IMG/VR virus record: IMGVR_UViG_3300033066_002227
Length of the DNA stretch: 64,000 nt
Origin: an uncultured virus (IMG/VR IMGVR_UViG_3300033066_002227)
Lineage: Duplodnaviria; Heunggongvirae; Uroviricota; Caudoviricetes
Reading direction: 5' to 3' (one strand)
The stretch's first letter is position 1, and each line of letters starts with the position of its first letter. Positions 40,780-51,916 of this stretch are shown piece by piece. The notes beneath the pieces were generated by a model, which ran no database searches, was not told the origin of the DNA, and was given only the letters and a program-made list of their open reading frames with translations. The translations under genes and the position numbers were made by a program.

Positions 40780-41595
40780 ATGGAAGACATTTTTAAAATT
40801 TCGGTTTCAAAGGCAAAAACTTTTGATTCCTGCAAAGCAAAATACAAGTTTAATTATATAGATAAATTACCAAAGAAAACATGGGCTCATCATATATTAG
40901 GTAATTTAGTACACGTAACACTAGAAAATTTTCATAAATATTATATTTATATAAAAGCTAATGATATTAAAAATTATGAACCTTTTAATAAAGTAATGAC
41001 TAATGCATTTAAAGATGCATGTATAAAATATGAAGGTAATATTACTCCTGAAACATATTCTCAAGCAAGAGAAATGCTATTAAAATATTTAGATAAAATA
41101 AATATTGATACAAAATCAAGTAATGGTTTACCAAATGTAATTGCTGTTGAACAAGATTTTGCAATTAATATACACAATAAAGTTTTATTAAATGGCGCTA
41201 TTGATAGAATAGAATTAGAGCCTAATGATGTTTATCATGTTTGCGATTATAAAACAACTAAAGATAAAAAATATCTTAAAAATGATTTCTTTCAATTATT
41301 AGTGTATGCTTATGTAATTAAAAAGATTTACCCTCAAGCTAAAAAGGTTAAAGGATCATATATCATGTTGAGGCATGATTTTGAAAGATTTACTCAAGAG
41401 TTCACAGACACTCAAATTCTTTCAGTAGAGAAAAAAATAACAGATTTATATTCTGATATTTTAGAAGAAAAATTATGGAGAGCACAACCAACAATGTTGT
41501 GTTCATATTGTGATTTTATGGAAAACTGTGATGAAGGTAAAAAATTAGTTTACCCTCATGGCACCCCATCAATTAACCCAGAAATGAGTTGGTAA
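40780..41595 (+). CDS. PD-(D/E)XK RecB-family exonuclease
   Basis: SVS....F..C, G..VH..LE, GAIDRI, DYKT, QL..Y, C..C.F...C. Confidence 0.88.
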   Translation: MEDIFKISVSKAKTFDSCKAKYKFNYIDKLPKKTWAHHILGNLVHVTLENFHKYYIYIKANDIKNYEPFNKVMTNAFKDACIKYEGNITPETYSQAREMLLKYLDKINIDTKSSNGLPNVIAVEQDFAINIHNKVLLNGAIDRIELEPNDVYHVCDYKTTKDKKYLKNDFFQLLVYAYVIKKIYPQAKKVKGSYIMLRHDFERFTQEFTDTQILSVEKKITDLYSDILEEKLWRAQPTMLCSYCDFMENCDEGKKLVYPHGTPSINPEMSW

Positions 41596-41744
41596 TGAAT
41601 AAAATAATGTTAGCGATGCTTATAATCAGTTTATCAAGCTGTGTGTATCCCAAATATCCAAAAAATAGTTGTCAAACAGATGATAATTGTCCTCAACATC
41701 ACCTTTGTTGGAAAGGTGAATGTAAAAGAACATCAAGTTATTAA
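41595..41744 (+). CDS. small Cys-rich lipoprotein (49 aa, not in ORF track)
   Basis: MNKIMLAMLIISLSS-C lipobox, then C-x5-C-x5-C-x4-C; TAATG overlap. Confidence 0.6.
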   Translation: MNKIMLAMLIISLSSCVYPKYPKNSCQTDDNCPQHHLCWKGECKRTSSY

Positions 41745-41804
41745 AAGATTTTAATATAAACAATTACTAGTTATAGGTATTTAACAAGAAAAGGAACGTG
41801 ATCT

Positions 41805-43067
41805 ATGCAATTTGAATCAAAAGAAATAGAATTCTGCAAATTAAATGTTACATGTGAAATTAATAAAGATCAAATTAATGAAAAAGAATTAACTGTTTTA
41901 GATGCTTTTAAAACCAAAAAAGTTCCAGGTTTTAGAAAAGGAAAAGCCCCTGCTGTTGCAATTAAAACAAAGTTAAAAAAAGAGTTTCAAGATGCTCTTA
42001 AGTTTGAACTTGTGAAGCAAGCATTTGAAAAATTCATTGGTGAAAATAAAATAGCACCATTTGGAAATCCAACAATTACCCAAGCTGATTTATTAAATGA
42101 TCGTTTCTTTTGTTCATGGGAAATGTATAAAAAACCTGAGGTTTCTTTAACTCAATATAAAGAATTTGAACATCCAAAAGTTTTAAATGAAACCATTGAA
42201 GATTTGGTTGCAGACTCATTAACTAAATTAAAATTACGTCTTGGCGAACAAAGAATGTTTGAAGAAGGCGAGTTTGTTGAAATGGGTGATCAAATAGTTT
42301 TGAACTATGAAGGTTTTATGGATGGAGAAAAGCAAGCTGGTTTATCAGCTGATGCTCAAGTTTTAACAGTTGGCAATGCTCCAATCAAAGAGTTTGATGA
42401 CAACCTTTTAGGAATGAAAGTTGGAGATAAAAGAGAATTTACAATTAAATCTACAGAAGGTAAAGGAAATCCTGATTTAAAAGATAAAGATCTAACTTTT
42501 AAAGTTGAATTAGTTTCAGCTACTAAATTATCTTCTTTAAAAACTAAAGAAGAGGTGGCCGAAAAAATGTCCATGTCTATTGAAGATTTTGAAAAGTATA
42601 TTTTATCAGCATGTGAAACTCAACTTAAAAGCAAAGAAGAAGAAAAGATTTCTGAGCTAGTTTGTACAAAATTAATAGAATTAAATGAATTTAAGATTCC
42701 TAATTGGATGAGTTTATTTGAAGCTAAATATTTAGCTCAATCAAAACAAAAAGATTGGACAACTCTTTCAACTGAAGAAAAAGAAAAATTTGTAAATTCT
42801 GCGGAGAAAAATGTTAGATTATCTCTTATTTTAGATAAAGTTAGAGAATTAGAAGTTGATTGTCAATTAAATGACAGAGAAGTTTTTGATAAATTAAAAG
42901 AAAGCTTTAAAAATGAAGAACAGTTTGCTTCTTTTATAGAGCAAGCTCAAAAGAATAACTATTTACCAATAGTAGCTTCTCAAATAAAAGATCAACATGT
43001 AATTAGTTTTATTGGTAAAACAATTAAATGGACAGATTCAGAAAATGTAAACGGAGAAAATAAATGA
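41805..43067 (+). CDS. tig: trigger factor
   Basis: VPGFRKGKAP ribosome-binding motif; FKBP-like GD.....YEG..DG, FDDNLLGMKVG. Confidence 0.92.
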   Translation: MQFESKEIEFCKLNVTCEINKDQINEKELTVLDAFKTKKVPGFRKGKAPAVAIKTKLKKEFQDALKFELVKQAFEKFIGENKIAPFGNPTITQADLLNDRFFCSWEMYKKPEVSLTQYKEFEHPKVLNETIEDLVADSLTKLKLRLGEQRMFEEGEFVEMGDQIVLNYEGFMDGEKQAGLSADAQVLTVGNAPIKEFDDNLLGMKVGDKREFTIKSTEGKGNPDLKDKDLTFKVELVSATKLSSLKTKEEVAEKMSMSIEDFEKYILSACETQLKSKEEEKISELVCTKLIELNEFKIPNWMSLFEAKYLAQSKQKDWTTLSTEEKEKFVNSAEKNVRLSLILDKVRELEVDCQLNDREVFDKLKESFKNEEQFASFIEQAQKNNYLPIVASQIKDQHVISFIGKTIKWTDSENVNGENK

Positions 43068-43351
43068 GTGAATTTCCAGCGAAATTTAAAAAGAAATTAC
43101 CAACAGGATTTGAAGATGACGTTTCATCAATGAAAGATGATGAGTTAAAAGCTAAGATTTTAGAATGTGAAAGTCACATCTATTCAATAGATAAATCCCA
43201 AGATGAAGATACCAAACTAAATGGAGCTAGAGAATTAGTTAAAGAAATGTCACAGCCATATAAAGAAGCTAAAGGTGTAGAGACAGCTAAAATTAAATTT
43301 TTACTATTTTCACTAGCTTTTCGTGGCAATAAGCTAATGTCATCGACGTAA
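43064..43351 (+). CDS. hypothetical protein
   Basis: 95 aa, GGAG RBS. Confidence 0.55.
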   Translation: MSEFPAKFKKKLPTGFEDDVSSMKDDELKAKILECESHIYSIDKSQDEDTKLNGARELVKEMSQPYKEAKGVETAKIKFLLFSLAFRGNKLMSST

Positions 43352-43365
43352 TTTCATATACATTT

Positions 43366-43641
43366 ATGAAGTTTGAAAAGAAAATAACAAAAGGCTGCTG
43401 CGGTAAATCAAAAATGGCTTATCTTTTAGATAAGCCATTTTCTGCAGAAATGGCCAAAGTATCTGAAACTAAAGGATTTTCTTTAAATGAAAGATTCTTT
43501 AAATCAGGAATTGCTTATATAGAAGCTGTTTCATTTACCGCAACCTGCCCCATTGGGTCTAATTGGTTAGAAATATCCTTTAAAACAAAAGATTCTGAAA
43601 GTGAGTTGAATAATTTAGAATATTATCTGTCAAACTTATAG
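43366..43641 (+). CDS. hypothetical protein
   Basis: 91 aa; GCCGK. Confidence 0.55.
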   Translation: MKFEKKITKGCCGKSKMAYLLDKPFSAEMAKVSETKGFSLNERFFKSGIAYIEAVSFTATCPIGSNWLEISFKTKDSESELNNLEYYLSNL

Positions 43642-43649
43642 GAAAGGTA

Positions 43650-44264
43650 ATGAAAAGTGCTAACCGTAAAAAAGCGGATGATTATTCAAGAATTAGCACA
43701 TGCTACCATGAAAGCTCGCACGCTATCATAGCTATAAACAATTACTTTAAAGTAACTCAATTGCAAGCCCTCTCCGAAGAGGGTTTTTGCAAAATAGAAT
43801 GTTTTAGCAATATTAATTTATTTCACAATAAATCTGTAATAAACAGAATTGCTATACTTGAAGCGCAAGTATATTGTGCTGGAATGGAGGGTGAAAAGTT
43901 ATATAGAAAAGATATATGTGGCTGCACCAAATTTCCAAGAGTGCTGTATGGTGCTTATGATGATGTTCAAAGAATCTCAGCTCTTATTAAACAATTTAAT
44001 CTAGCTGAACCAGGGTATGCTAGAACAAGGTTTAAAGTTTCTTTACAGTCAAAGACAAATAAATTCTTGCAAGAGCATTGGCTTGAGGTAAAAGCTTTGG
44101 CTCACTCTTTATATAAAAGAAAAACTATATCATTTGATGATATTAAAAAAATCTTATTAAAGATTAATAAACCATTTTGGAAAGAAAAATTTGACAATTT
44201 AGATATTCTTAGCTCTCAAGAACTATGGGAGGAAAAAGAATTAATTGAACTTGGATTTATATGA
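43650..44264 (+). CDS. peptidase M41 (FtsH protease domain)-like protein
   Basis: CYHESSHA, AG.EGE, GA.DD, V.ALA..L....TI. Confidence 0.7.
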   Translation: MKSANRKKADDYSRISTCYHESSHAIIAINNYFKVTQLQALSEEGFCKIECFSNINLFHNKSVINRIAILEAQVYCAGMEGEKLYRKDICGCTKFPRVLYGAYDDVQRISALIKQFNLAEPGYARTRFKVSLQSKTNKFLQEHWLEVKALAHSLYKRKTISFDDIKKILLKINKPFWKEKFDNLDILSSQELWEEKELIELGFI

Positions 44265-44596
44265 AATTTGACATTGATAATATCAAAAATAAAATAGAGC
44301 AAGATGACAATTATGTATATTTTTATAGTTCTTATTTAGAAGATTTACCATTATGGTCATTAGATGAAATGTGCAATTTTCGTTTAAATCATTATTGTCA
44401 TATAGATACTTTTATAGAGTATTGTATATCATGGCGCGTTAATAGGCCATTTAAATTTTTTAAATATAAAATCAAAAAAGAAATTCTTAGAACTCAAGAA
44501 TTTCTTAGTTTTTATGATCGCTTGCCTGTTGAAGCAGATCGAGAATTTTGTGATAAAGATTTTAGAAAGTTGATTATGTTACATGATTTTAAATAA
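44261..44596 (+). CDS. hypothetical KK-tail protein
   Basis: Ends DFRKLIMLHDFK. Confidence 0.6.
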   Translation: MKFDIDNIKNKIEQDDNYVYFYSSYLEDLPLWSLDEMCNFRLNHYCHIDTFIEYCISWRVNRPFKFFKYKIKKEILRTQEFLSFYDRLPVEADREFCDKDFRKLIMLHDFK

Positions 44597-44903
44597 AAAT
44601 GAATTAGAAGAAGACGAAATCTACTATTATTTTTATGATGTAGTTAGTATTTATAATGATAATGATACCATACGTTACAATTATAGTTTTATTGGAATAA
44701 ATGAATTGTTAACTAATTCTATATATAAAAGGCATTCAAAATTAGATCTTTTAATTAAATCTAATCCTAATAATATTAAGTATATTACTTTTTTAAAAGT
44801 ACAATTTAGAAAATCAGATATTAAAAATCATGATTCAAAAATTTGTGGTACATTTACACCAATTCCTGCTAAAGAAATTAAAAAATTAATGATGATTCTA
44901 TAG
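44583..44903 (+). CDS. hypothetical KK-tail protein
   Basis: Ends EIKKLMMIL. Confidence 0.65.
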   Translation: MILNKNELEEDEIYYYFYDVVSIYNDNDTIRYNYSFIGINELLTNSIYKRHSKLDLLIKSNPNNIKYITFLKVQFRKSDIKNHDSKICGTFTPIPAKEIKKLMMIL

Positions 44904-44910
44904 GAAATTA

Positions 44911-47900
44911 ATGAAAAACTTTGTTGGATTACATAATCATACACATTATTCTATTCTTGACGCACTTTCATCTCCAAAAGATTTGATTAAAAAAGCTAAA
45001 GAATTAGGTCAGAAATCTATTGCTATTACAGACCATGCTACTTTTGCTGGAATATGGGATGGATTTAAGGTTGCAAAAGAGCAAGGTGTTAAATTAATTG
45101 TAGGATGTGAGTTTAATTTTCTTGATAATGCAAAAGTTCAAGATAAAAGAATTAGACACATAATTCTCCTTGCTAAAAATCACACAGGATATAAAAATTT
45201 ATTGCTCTTAAATAAATTAGGATATGATAATAGTTTTATTTTTTCAGGTAAAAATCATCCAGTAATAGATTGGGAATTATTAGAAAATAATAACTCAGGA
45301 TTGATTTGTCTTACAGCTTGTTCAAATGGAATTATTGGACAGCTCTTAAATCAAAAGAATTTTGAAGAGGCAGAAAGACAATCTTCTAGATTGAAAGATA
45401 TTTTTGGTGATAATTTAGGTTTAGAGGTTCAAGCCAATAATCTATCAAGATCCAGCAATTCTTATCAAGAAGGATTTAGTCAACAATTTACTAATTTTCA
45501 TTTAACTAAATTAAGCGAAAAATTAAATATAAAACTAGTTCCAACAGTTAATTCTCATTATATAAATAAAGAAGATGCTAAAATGCATGATGTTTTTTTA
45601 GCAATTGGCGCTAGACAGCCAGTTTATTCAAATAATAGAATTAAATATGATCTCCCAGAATTTTATGTAAAATCTGGCGATGAAATGTTTACATTCTTTT
45701 CTCGTGGAGGAAAAGAAGAATGGGCTGATTCATTATTAGAAAACACTTTATATTTTGATGAAAAATGTGAAAGTCCAGATTGGGTAGATCCTAAATATTC
45801 AAATCCATCAGGAAAAGAATTGCCCAATTATGATATTCAAGCTGATAATTCATTTAATGATTTTAGTACTTGGTTATCAATTCAAAGCGATGAAATTAAA
45901 TTATTAGATGCTGATAAAGCATTTATGAGATTTAAATGTGAATCTAAATTAGATTCTTTATGTTTTGATAAAGATAAAAAAGAAATTTATTTAAACAGAC
46001 TTAAAGAAGAATATGAAGTAATTGAATTTCATGGCTTTTCAAGTTACATGTTAATTGTGGCAGATTTTATTAGATTTGCTAAAGAAAATAATGTTTCAGT
46101 TGGTCCAGGTCGTGGTTCGGTAGGAGGCTCATTAGTTGGCTTCTTATTGGATATCCACGTTGCAGATCCAATTAAATATAATTTGATTTTTGCTAGATTT
46201 CATAATAAAGAAAAATCAAGTTTTCCCGATATTGATACAGACTTCTCTAAAAAAGATAGATGGATAATTCAAAACTATGTAGAATCAAAATATGGTTTTG
46301 ATAAAGTCGCTCACGTATCAAATATTATGACTTTGACTCCAAAGCCATTTGTTAAAGATATTTGTAGAGCATGTGATCTAGGTAAAGATAGACAAAAGTC
46401 TGTCAATCTAGGAATAGAAATTTCTGCTGTTATTCCTGTAAGAGAAGGCGAAGAAATGATTAGAACATATGCGCAAGCATGTAAAAAATCAGCTTTATTT
46501 GTTGAATACACTAAGCTTTATAAAGAGCTAGATGAATACAAAAGCTTATGTGGAAATTATAGAGCTTGGGCAACACACGCAGCAGGCGTTGTTATTGGCA
46601 AAAGGCCTCTTCATGAAATAATTCCATTAAGAAAAGATAAAAATAATATCTCAGCAATAGAGCTTGATAAAGAAAAAGCTGAAGAGCTTGGCCTTATTAA
46701 AATGGATTTATTAGGTCTTGAAACTCTAGACATTATTGATGATACATTTGAGTTAATAAAAAATCAAGGCAAACAAGTTAATAAAGAAATTAAATTTGAT
46801 GAATATGATCAAAAGACCTATGATTTAATTACTTCAGGTAAAACATTTTGTGTATTCCAACTTGGCACATCTCCTGGAACAATTGACTTATGTAAAAATG
46901 TAAAACCTAAATCAATTCAAGATTTAGCTCACATTAATGCTTTAGCTAGGCCAGCCGCAAGAAATATTAGAGAAGATTTTATTGCCACCAAAGAAGGCAA
47001 GAAAAAAGTTCAATTATTACATCCGGCTCTTAAAAGATCTTTTGGGTTTACTTATGGATTTGGCTTATATGAAGAATCATTAATGTATCTTGCTCAAGAT
47101 ATTGCGGGTTGGTCTTTGCATGGGGCAGATCGTTTAAGAAAACTCACAAAAGAAAAAGGTAAAAATCCTGAAAAAGTTGCCAAATGGCGTGAAGAGTTTA
47201 TATCTGGAGCTATTGCTAATAATATTCCAAAAGAAACAGCAATTAAAGTTTGGGATGATGTAGTAGTCCCATTCGGTGGTTATGGCTTTAATTTAAGCCA
47301 CGCCATATTCTATTCTGTTCTTGGATTTAAAACAGCTTATTTAAAAGCTCATTATCCTGTTGAATTTCTTACAGCTAATTTAATGGCTGAAATTAATTCA
47401 GCCGCACCTGATGCTCCTAAAAATATTGAAAAAATTAAGAAAGAGTTAAAAGATTATGGTGTAGAAATATTAGCTCCAAATATAAATAAATCTAATATGC
47501 ACTATGAATTAATTTCTAATAATCAATTATTAACAGGTCTTAATGGAATTAAGTATGTTGGTGACGATTGTATTTTAGATATTTTAGAGAAGCGTCCATT
47601 TTCTAGTTTTTATGATTTTATTTCTAGAACAGATTCTACAAAAGTAAGAGCTAATGCAATTCAAGCATTAGCTGCTGCTGGTGCATTAGATTGTTTTGGT
47701 ATTTCTAGAAAAAATATATTCTTATATACAACAGATTATAGAAAGAAAGCGCAAACATGGTCTAAGAGAAAAACTAAAACTGAAGGTGGGTTTGAGTATG
47801 CTTGGCCAGAAGATAAAGATTGGTCTCTTTCAGAAAAATATGCTTTAGAAATGAAGTTTATTGGTGAAGCATATATATGTGGCATAACTCAAGCATATGG

Positions 47901-48441
47901 AAATTTCTTTAATAAATCATGGTTTAAACCAATTAAAGAAATTAAAAATCTTGTCAATAAAGAAGACGTTTATTCTGTTAAAGGTATAGTAAAAGACTTC
48001 TTTGAGCTAAAAATTAAAAAAGAAGGTTCCAAATATTTTGGACAAGCAATGCTTAAGTTAAAAATAGAAGATCCAAATGGAGATCAGTGTTTTGTTACTA
48101 TATTTCCAAAAGATCTAGAACTATTTAATAATAAGTTAAAAACTAGAAAAATCAAATCTAAATTTGGAGCTGGGTTTGCTTTACATTTTAAAGCAACTGT
48201 AAATGAGTATGAAAATGAAAATCAATTAATCTTAAATGATTTAATAGATGTATCTATTCCTCCATTAGAGCCTGCCGATTTAAAGTCTAAATCTTCCAAA
48301 AAAGAAAAGACAGTTAAATCAGAAATTCTATCTAATAAAGAAATTGAAATCTCAAATTCTTCTAATGATTTATTAGAAGCAGTTGAAGATCAATTATTTG
48401 ATCAAGGACTAATAGAATTTAATGATTCTGAAGATGATTAA
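44911..48441 (+). CDS. dnaE: DNA polymerase III alpha subunit
   Basis: PHP LHNHTHYSILD, ITDH; GPGRGSVGGSL, PDIDTDF, HAAGVVI, KMDLLGL, YGFNLSH. Confidence 0.96.
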   Translation: MKNFVGLHNHTHYSILDALSSPKDLIKKAKELGQKSIAITDHATFAGIWDGFKVAKEQGVKLIVGCEFNFLDNAKVQDKRIRHIILLAKNHTGYKNLLLLNKLGYDNSFIFSGKNHPVIDWELLENNNSGLICLTACSNGIIGQLLNQKNFEEAERQSSRLKDIFGDNLGLEVQANNLSRSSNSYQEGFSQQFTNFHLTKLSEKLNIKLVPTVNSHYINKEDAKMHDVFLAIGARQPVYSNNRIKYDLPEFYVKSGDEMFTFFSRGGKEEWADSLLENTLYFDEKCESPDWVDPKYSNPSGKELPNYDIQADNSFNDFSTWLSIQSDEIKLLDADKAFMRFKCESKLDSLCFDKDKKEIYLNRLKEEYEVIEFHGFSSYMLIVADFIRFAKENNVSVGPGRGSVGGSLVGFLLDIHVADPIKYNLIFARFHNKEKSSFPDIDTDFSKKDRWIIQNYVESKYGFDKVAHVSNIMTLTPKPFVKDICRACDLGKDRQKSVNLGIEISAVIPVREGEEMIRTYAQACKKSALFVEYTKLYKELDEYKSLCGNYRAWATHAAGVVIGKRPLHEIIPLRKDKNNISAIELDKEKAEELGLIKMDLLGLETLDIIDDTFELIKNQGKQVNKEIKFDEYDQKTYDLITSGKTFCVFQLGTSPGTIDLCKNVKPKSIQDLAHINALARPAARNIREDFIATKEGKKKVQLLHPALKRSFGFTYGFGLYEESLMYLAQDIAGWSLHGADRLRKLTKEKGKNPEKVAKWREEFISGAIANNIPKETAIKVWDDVVVPFGGYGFNLSHAIFYSVLGFKTAYLKAHYPVEFLTANLMAEINSAAPDAPKNIEKIKKELKDYGVEILAPNINKSNMHYELISNNQLLTGLNGIKYVGDDCILDILEKRPFSSFYDFISRTDSTKVRANAIQALAAAGALDCFGISRKNIFLYTTDYRKKAQTWSKRKTKTEGGFEYAWPEDKDWSLSEKYALEMKFIGEAYICGITQAYGNFFNKSWFKPIKEIKNLVNKEDVYSVKGIVKDFFELKIKKEGSKYFGQAMLKLKIEDPNGDQCFVTIFPKDLELFNNKLKTRKIKSKFGAGFALHFKATVNEYENENQLILNDLIDVSIPPLEPADLKSKSSKKEKTVKSEILSNKEIEISNSSNDLLEAVEDQLFDQGLIEFNDSEDD

Positions 48442-48465
48442 GAAAACTGTGTTATATATATAGTT

Positions 48466-49059
48466 ATGAAATGCATCTCTTGTGATATTGAAATACCTTC
48501 TCAATGGGTTCACGCTATAAATTCAAATATTTGTCCTAATTGTGGTAAAGAAATTATGGATAGCTTCTCTCAAGACTTAATAAAAGAATTGAGAGAAGTG
48601 TTTGAAAAGATGAATGCTTCCCCAGAAGCATTGGCAGGCTGGCTAATAGATAATTATACTTTGAAAAAAGTTGGCTCAGCGGAGCCTGTTGAGTTTAAGG
48701 TTCCTAAAGTTAAAACTAAACACAAAAGCTCAGATGATGAAGATGAAACTTTTGTAAAACCAAAAGTTAAATTAGATAAAAGCATTTATAATGATGTATT
48801 TGAATCTGCAAATGAAGATCTTCCAGATGTTATTTCAGAAGATGATGATTTAGACACTCCTGAAAAAGAAGATAGATTACAATCACAAGAAGAATCTGTA
48901 TTTGTTCGTAGAGCTGGTGTAGATATGGATAAAGTCAAAAGAGCTATCGCCAAAATGAAAGGCGAAGATTCTGATGATGGCATGGATCCAGAAGTAAAAA
49001 GATTAATGGGTGTTGCTAAAAAAAACAATAAAAGTACAAATTCATTTAGAAGAACATAA
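48466..49059 (+). CDS. Zn-ribbon hypothetical protein
   Basis: CISC...CPNCG; acidic C-terminus. Confidence 0.55.
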   Translation: MKCISCDIEIPSQWVHAINSNICPNCGKEIMDSFSQDLIKELREVFEKMNASPEALAGWLIDNYTLKKVGSAEPVEFKVPKVKTKHKSSDDEDETFVKPKVKLDKSIYNDVFESANEDLPDVISEDDDLDTPEKEDRLQSQEESVFVRRAGVDMDKVKRAIAKMKGEDSDDGMDPEVKRLMGVAKKNNKSTNSFRRT

Positions 49060-49385
49060 TGCATAAAATTAGAATTATTGATAATAAAAAAGTAGCAATG
49101 ACTGATGATGAATGGCAGTTATATGAAAACATTTGTGCGTCATATGACATACCTCAGCAAAAGATAAAAGGTAAAGATTATTTCAAAAATCTATTTGAAT
49201 CAGATGATGCTGGAATTATTACTTTTTTAAAACCTCCATCAACACATAAGACATCTTTAGAAATTTATTTGTTTATAAGCTCAATAATGCTTCAACAAAA
49301 TTTACGCATTGTTAAAGCTCAAATGACACAGTTCATTGACGAAAGCACCAGAAAAATAGATGAGAAATTATCTAGCATAAAATAA
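49059..49385 (+). CDS. hypothetical protein
   Basis: 108 aa ORF. Confidence 0.55.
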   Translation: MHKIRIIDNKKVAMTDDEWQLYENICASYDIPQQKIKGKDYFKNLFESDDAGIITFLKPPSTHKTSLEIYLFISSIMLQQNLRIVKAQMTQFIDESTRKIDEKLSSIK

Positions 49386-49790
49386 ATGCTAGATTTAGAT
49401 TTTGTTGATAGCTGCCCTATTTGTAATAACAAATTAAATTGTACAGTTAAAGACAAAAACTATAAATATTGTATGTATGATCATAATCACGATTATACAT
49501 TAGAAATTAAATCTTCACCTTTATATGAAGAAATTAATTTAGATATTAGGGATAAAAATATCGGATATGACCAAGTTCATTTAAATATTTTATATTGTAG
49601 AATTGGTACTAATTTATTAATTTCTTTACAACAATATACTGGTGCTAATTTTTTAGATAAATTAGTGTTAATTAACAATACGTTCGCTGATTTTTCTTTA
49701 GAGCAAAGACAATATTATATTGATTTTATTACAATTGATTTTAACAAAATTAAGAAATTATTAATGGTAAAAAATGAGTTTTATTTGTAA
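49386..49790 (+). CDS. Zn-ribbon KK-tail protein
   Basis: CPIC...YC...H; ends KIKKLLMVKNEFYL. Confidence 0.6.
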   Translation: MLDLDFVDSCPICNNKLNCTVKDKNYKYCMYDHNHDYTLEIKSSPLYEEINLDIRDKNIGYDQVHLNILYCRIGTNLLISLQQYTGANFLDKLVLINNTFADFSLEQRQYYIDFITIDFNKIKKLLMVKNEFYL

Positions 49791-50184
49791 ATTTTGCAAT
49801 CAAGAAGCACGCTTTTCAAAAACATATCTATCTTATAGTAGATATTATTGTAGCAATAATCATCCAAGCATAGATTATGAAATAGACAGTAATAATAAAA
49901 TTATTAGTATAATAAGCGAAATAAATATACCATATAAAAATGAAAATAGCATAGGTCATTTTGATAGGATTGAATATGAATGGCAAACAGACTATAAAGA
50001 AGACACTAGTTATATCTTATTAAGATATGATTTTAGATTAGAGCATGATGAAAAAGAGATTGCTTCAATTAACTACAATACTTGTACAGACATAGAAAAA
50101 GAAAATTATGAAAGATTAGTTAATAGATTCTTTCATGATAAAAATTTTGTTAATTATGTGAAAAAACTAACCCTTTGTTCTTAA
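49774..50184 (+). CDS. Zn-ribbon KK-tail protein
   Basis: CKFC...YC...H; ends YVKKLTLCS. Confidence 0.6.
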   Translation: MSFICKFCNQEARFSKTYLSYSRYYCSNNHPSIDYEIDSNNKIISIISEINIPYKNENSIGHFDRIEYEWQTDYKEDTSYILLRYDFRLEHDEKEIASINYNTCTDIEKENYERLVNRFFHDKNFVNYVKKLTLCS

Positions 50185-50187
50185 AAC

Positions 50188-50222
50188 ATCTTGACTTCAC
50201 TCTTAGAAGATATACATTCATA
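50188..50222 (+). promoter_or_regulatory. repeated putative promoter, copy 1
   Basis: ATCTTG-N9-TTAGAAGATATACATTCATA; second copy at 59751-59785. Confidence 0.55.
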
Positions 50223-50224
50223 CC

Positions 50225-50731
50225 ATGACAACTCTTAAAGATTATTTAGGAAACGATGACTTTTCTTCATTTGAAAGCTTTGATTTAACAAAAATCAAAG
50301 AAATACTTAATTACCTATCAGTTGAAGATCCAATTGATATTGCCCACGCCGAAAAGCTTCAACAAAAGGCTTTATGGGGAGCTAATTTAATTACTGATTA
50401 TTTGACTCAAGTAGTAAAGGTTTCTAACGTTTTAGAATCGAAAATTTCAGCTTTAAAAAATAAAGCTGCTCTTGAATATAAAAATACAGATGATAAAAAA
50501 GTTACAGCAGACTTAAGAAAATATGCGGCCGAATCTGATCCAAAAGTGGAAGAATATAATGATCTTTTGGCCAAGGCAAAAGCTGCCAGGGTCTTTCTAG
50601 AAAAGAAATATGATTTATTAATTAAAACTCATTACTTCTTTAAAGAAGTTTGTATTGGTTATAAAAGAGAAACTGGAACAGTATCTATTGATAGTAAGCC
50701 AAATCAGGTTGCTAAAAATAATTCATGGTAA
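50225..50731 (+). CDS. UvsY-like recombination mediator (tentative)
   Basis: Coiled protein 'K.T...RKY.AESDPKV'; recombination-gene context. Confidence 0.45.
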   Translation: MTTLKDYLGNDDFSSFESFDLTKIKEILNYLSVEDPIDIAHAEKLQQKALWGANLITDYLTQVVKVSNVLESKISALKNKAALEYKNTDDKKVTADLRKYAAESDPKVEEYNDLLAKAKAARVFLEKKYDLLIKTHYFFKEVCIGYKRETGTVSIDSKPNQVAKNNSW

Positions 50732-50734
50732 AAT

Positions 50735-51916
50735 ATGTCAAAACAACGTGGTGTTAGAAAATTTTTCTCTGATAGAGAGCTTACAGTTTATCTAAATGAA
50801 AATAAATCAAGAAAACGTAATATTATAGATTTAAATGATAAAGCACAATTAATAATGAATAAATATAATTTAAATGATTTTTACTATAAATACAGAGGTT
50901 GGATAGATACAGCTCAAACTGTTTTTCTTGGATTATCTGCTGTTCAAGAGAAAAATTACTATGGTATTATAGGTAATACATTAGTGCTATTAGATCGCGC
51001 AATTCAACGTCCACATGTTTACACGCAATATGTATGTAGTAAATCTCCTGGAGATAATTATAATAGTACCTTGCATGATACTTTGATGAAACACTCAAAA
51101 TTATTATTTTCTTCAGATAAGTTTGGTGGTAAAGTTTTTGAATTTGACAATATTAAGTTTACACAAACCACTGATTTTCATATCTATGTTAGTCCGTATA
51201 TAGATGTTTCTAATCTTTATAATAAAATTGCTGAATTTATATGGAAAGATTACAAGAATATTATTGCTGTTCACTCTGATGAAACTAATGGTGAAATCAA
51301 GTTTGATAAAAATACTTTCACTCCACTCAAAATTAGCGATAAGCATAATAATTTAATTGAGCAAATAAAAGAAGATACAAATAAAAGTATTTTGCTATAT
51401 GGCAATCCTGGCACAGGAAAAACTGAATTGGCTAAAACATTAGTTGCTAAATTCAATAAGAAAACAATATTTCTTTCAGCTAAAACCCCTTATGTTTTAA
51501 CTATGTTAAATAGTTTAAGGCCAGAAATTATTATTGTTGATGATTTAGAATATTTAAATGATGAAAACTCTCTTATAAAAATAATAGAATGGGCTAGGCA
51601 AAATTGCTTTTTAACTGTTGGCATTTCTAATACTTTAGATTTTAAAAATCAAGCCTTGCTAAGACCAGGTAGATTTGATATATTATATAAAATTGATTCA
51701 TTTACAAATGATGAAATTCTATCATTATTAGAGAATGATCAATATTTATTTGATCGTGCAAAAGAACTACCTGTAGCTTATTTAGTAGAGCTTAAAAGAA
51801 GAAAGAGATATTGTAAATCTAAAGAAGATTTAGATTTAGAAATTCAAGAATTGAAAAATCGTTACGAGTTATGCAAAACTCTTAATTTAGAAGAGGAAAA
51901 GGAATCATTAAAATGA
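50735..51916 (+). CDS. AAA+ ATPase
   Basis: [27 protein letters not shown]. Confidence 0.85.
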   Translation: MSKQRGVRKFFSDRELTVYLNENKSRKRNIIDLNDKAQLIMNKYNLNDFYYKYRGWIDTAQTVFLGLSAVQEKNYYGIIGNTLVLLDRAIQRPHVYTQYVCSKSPGDNYNSTLHDTLMKHSKLLFSSDKFGGKVFEFDNIKFTQTTDFHIYVSPYIDVSNLYNKIAEFIWKDYKNIIAVHSDETNGEIKFDKNTFTPLKISDKHNNLIEQIKEDTNKSILLYGNPGTGKTELAKTLVAKFNKKTIFLSAKTPYVLTMLNSLRPEIIIVDDLEYLNDENSLIKIIEWARQNCFLTVGISNTLDFKNQALLRPGRFDILYKIDSFTNDEILSLLENDQYLFDRAKELPVAYLVELKRRKRYCKSKEDLDLEIQELKNRYELCKTLNLEEEKESLK

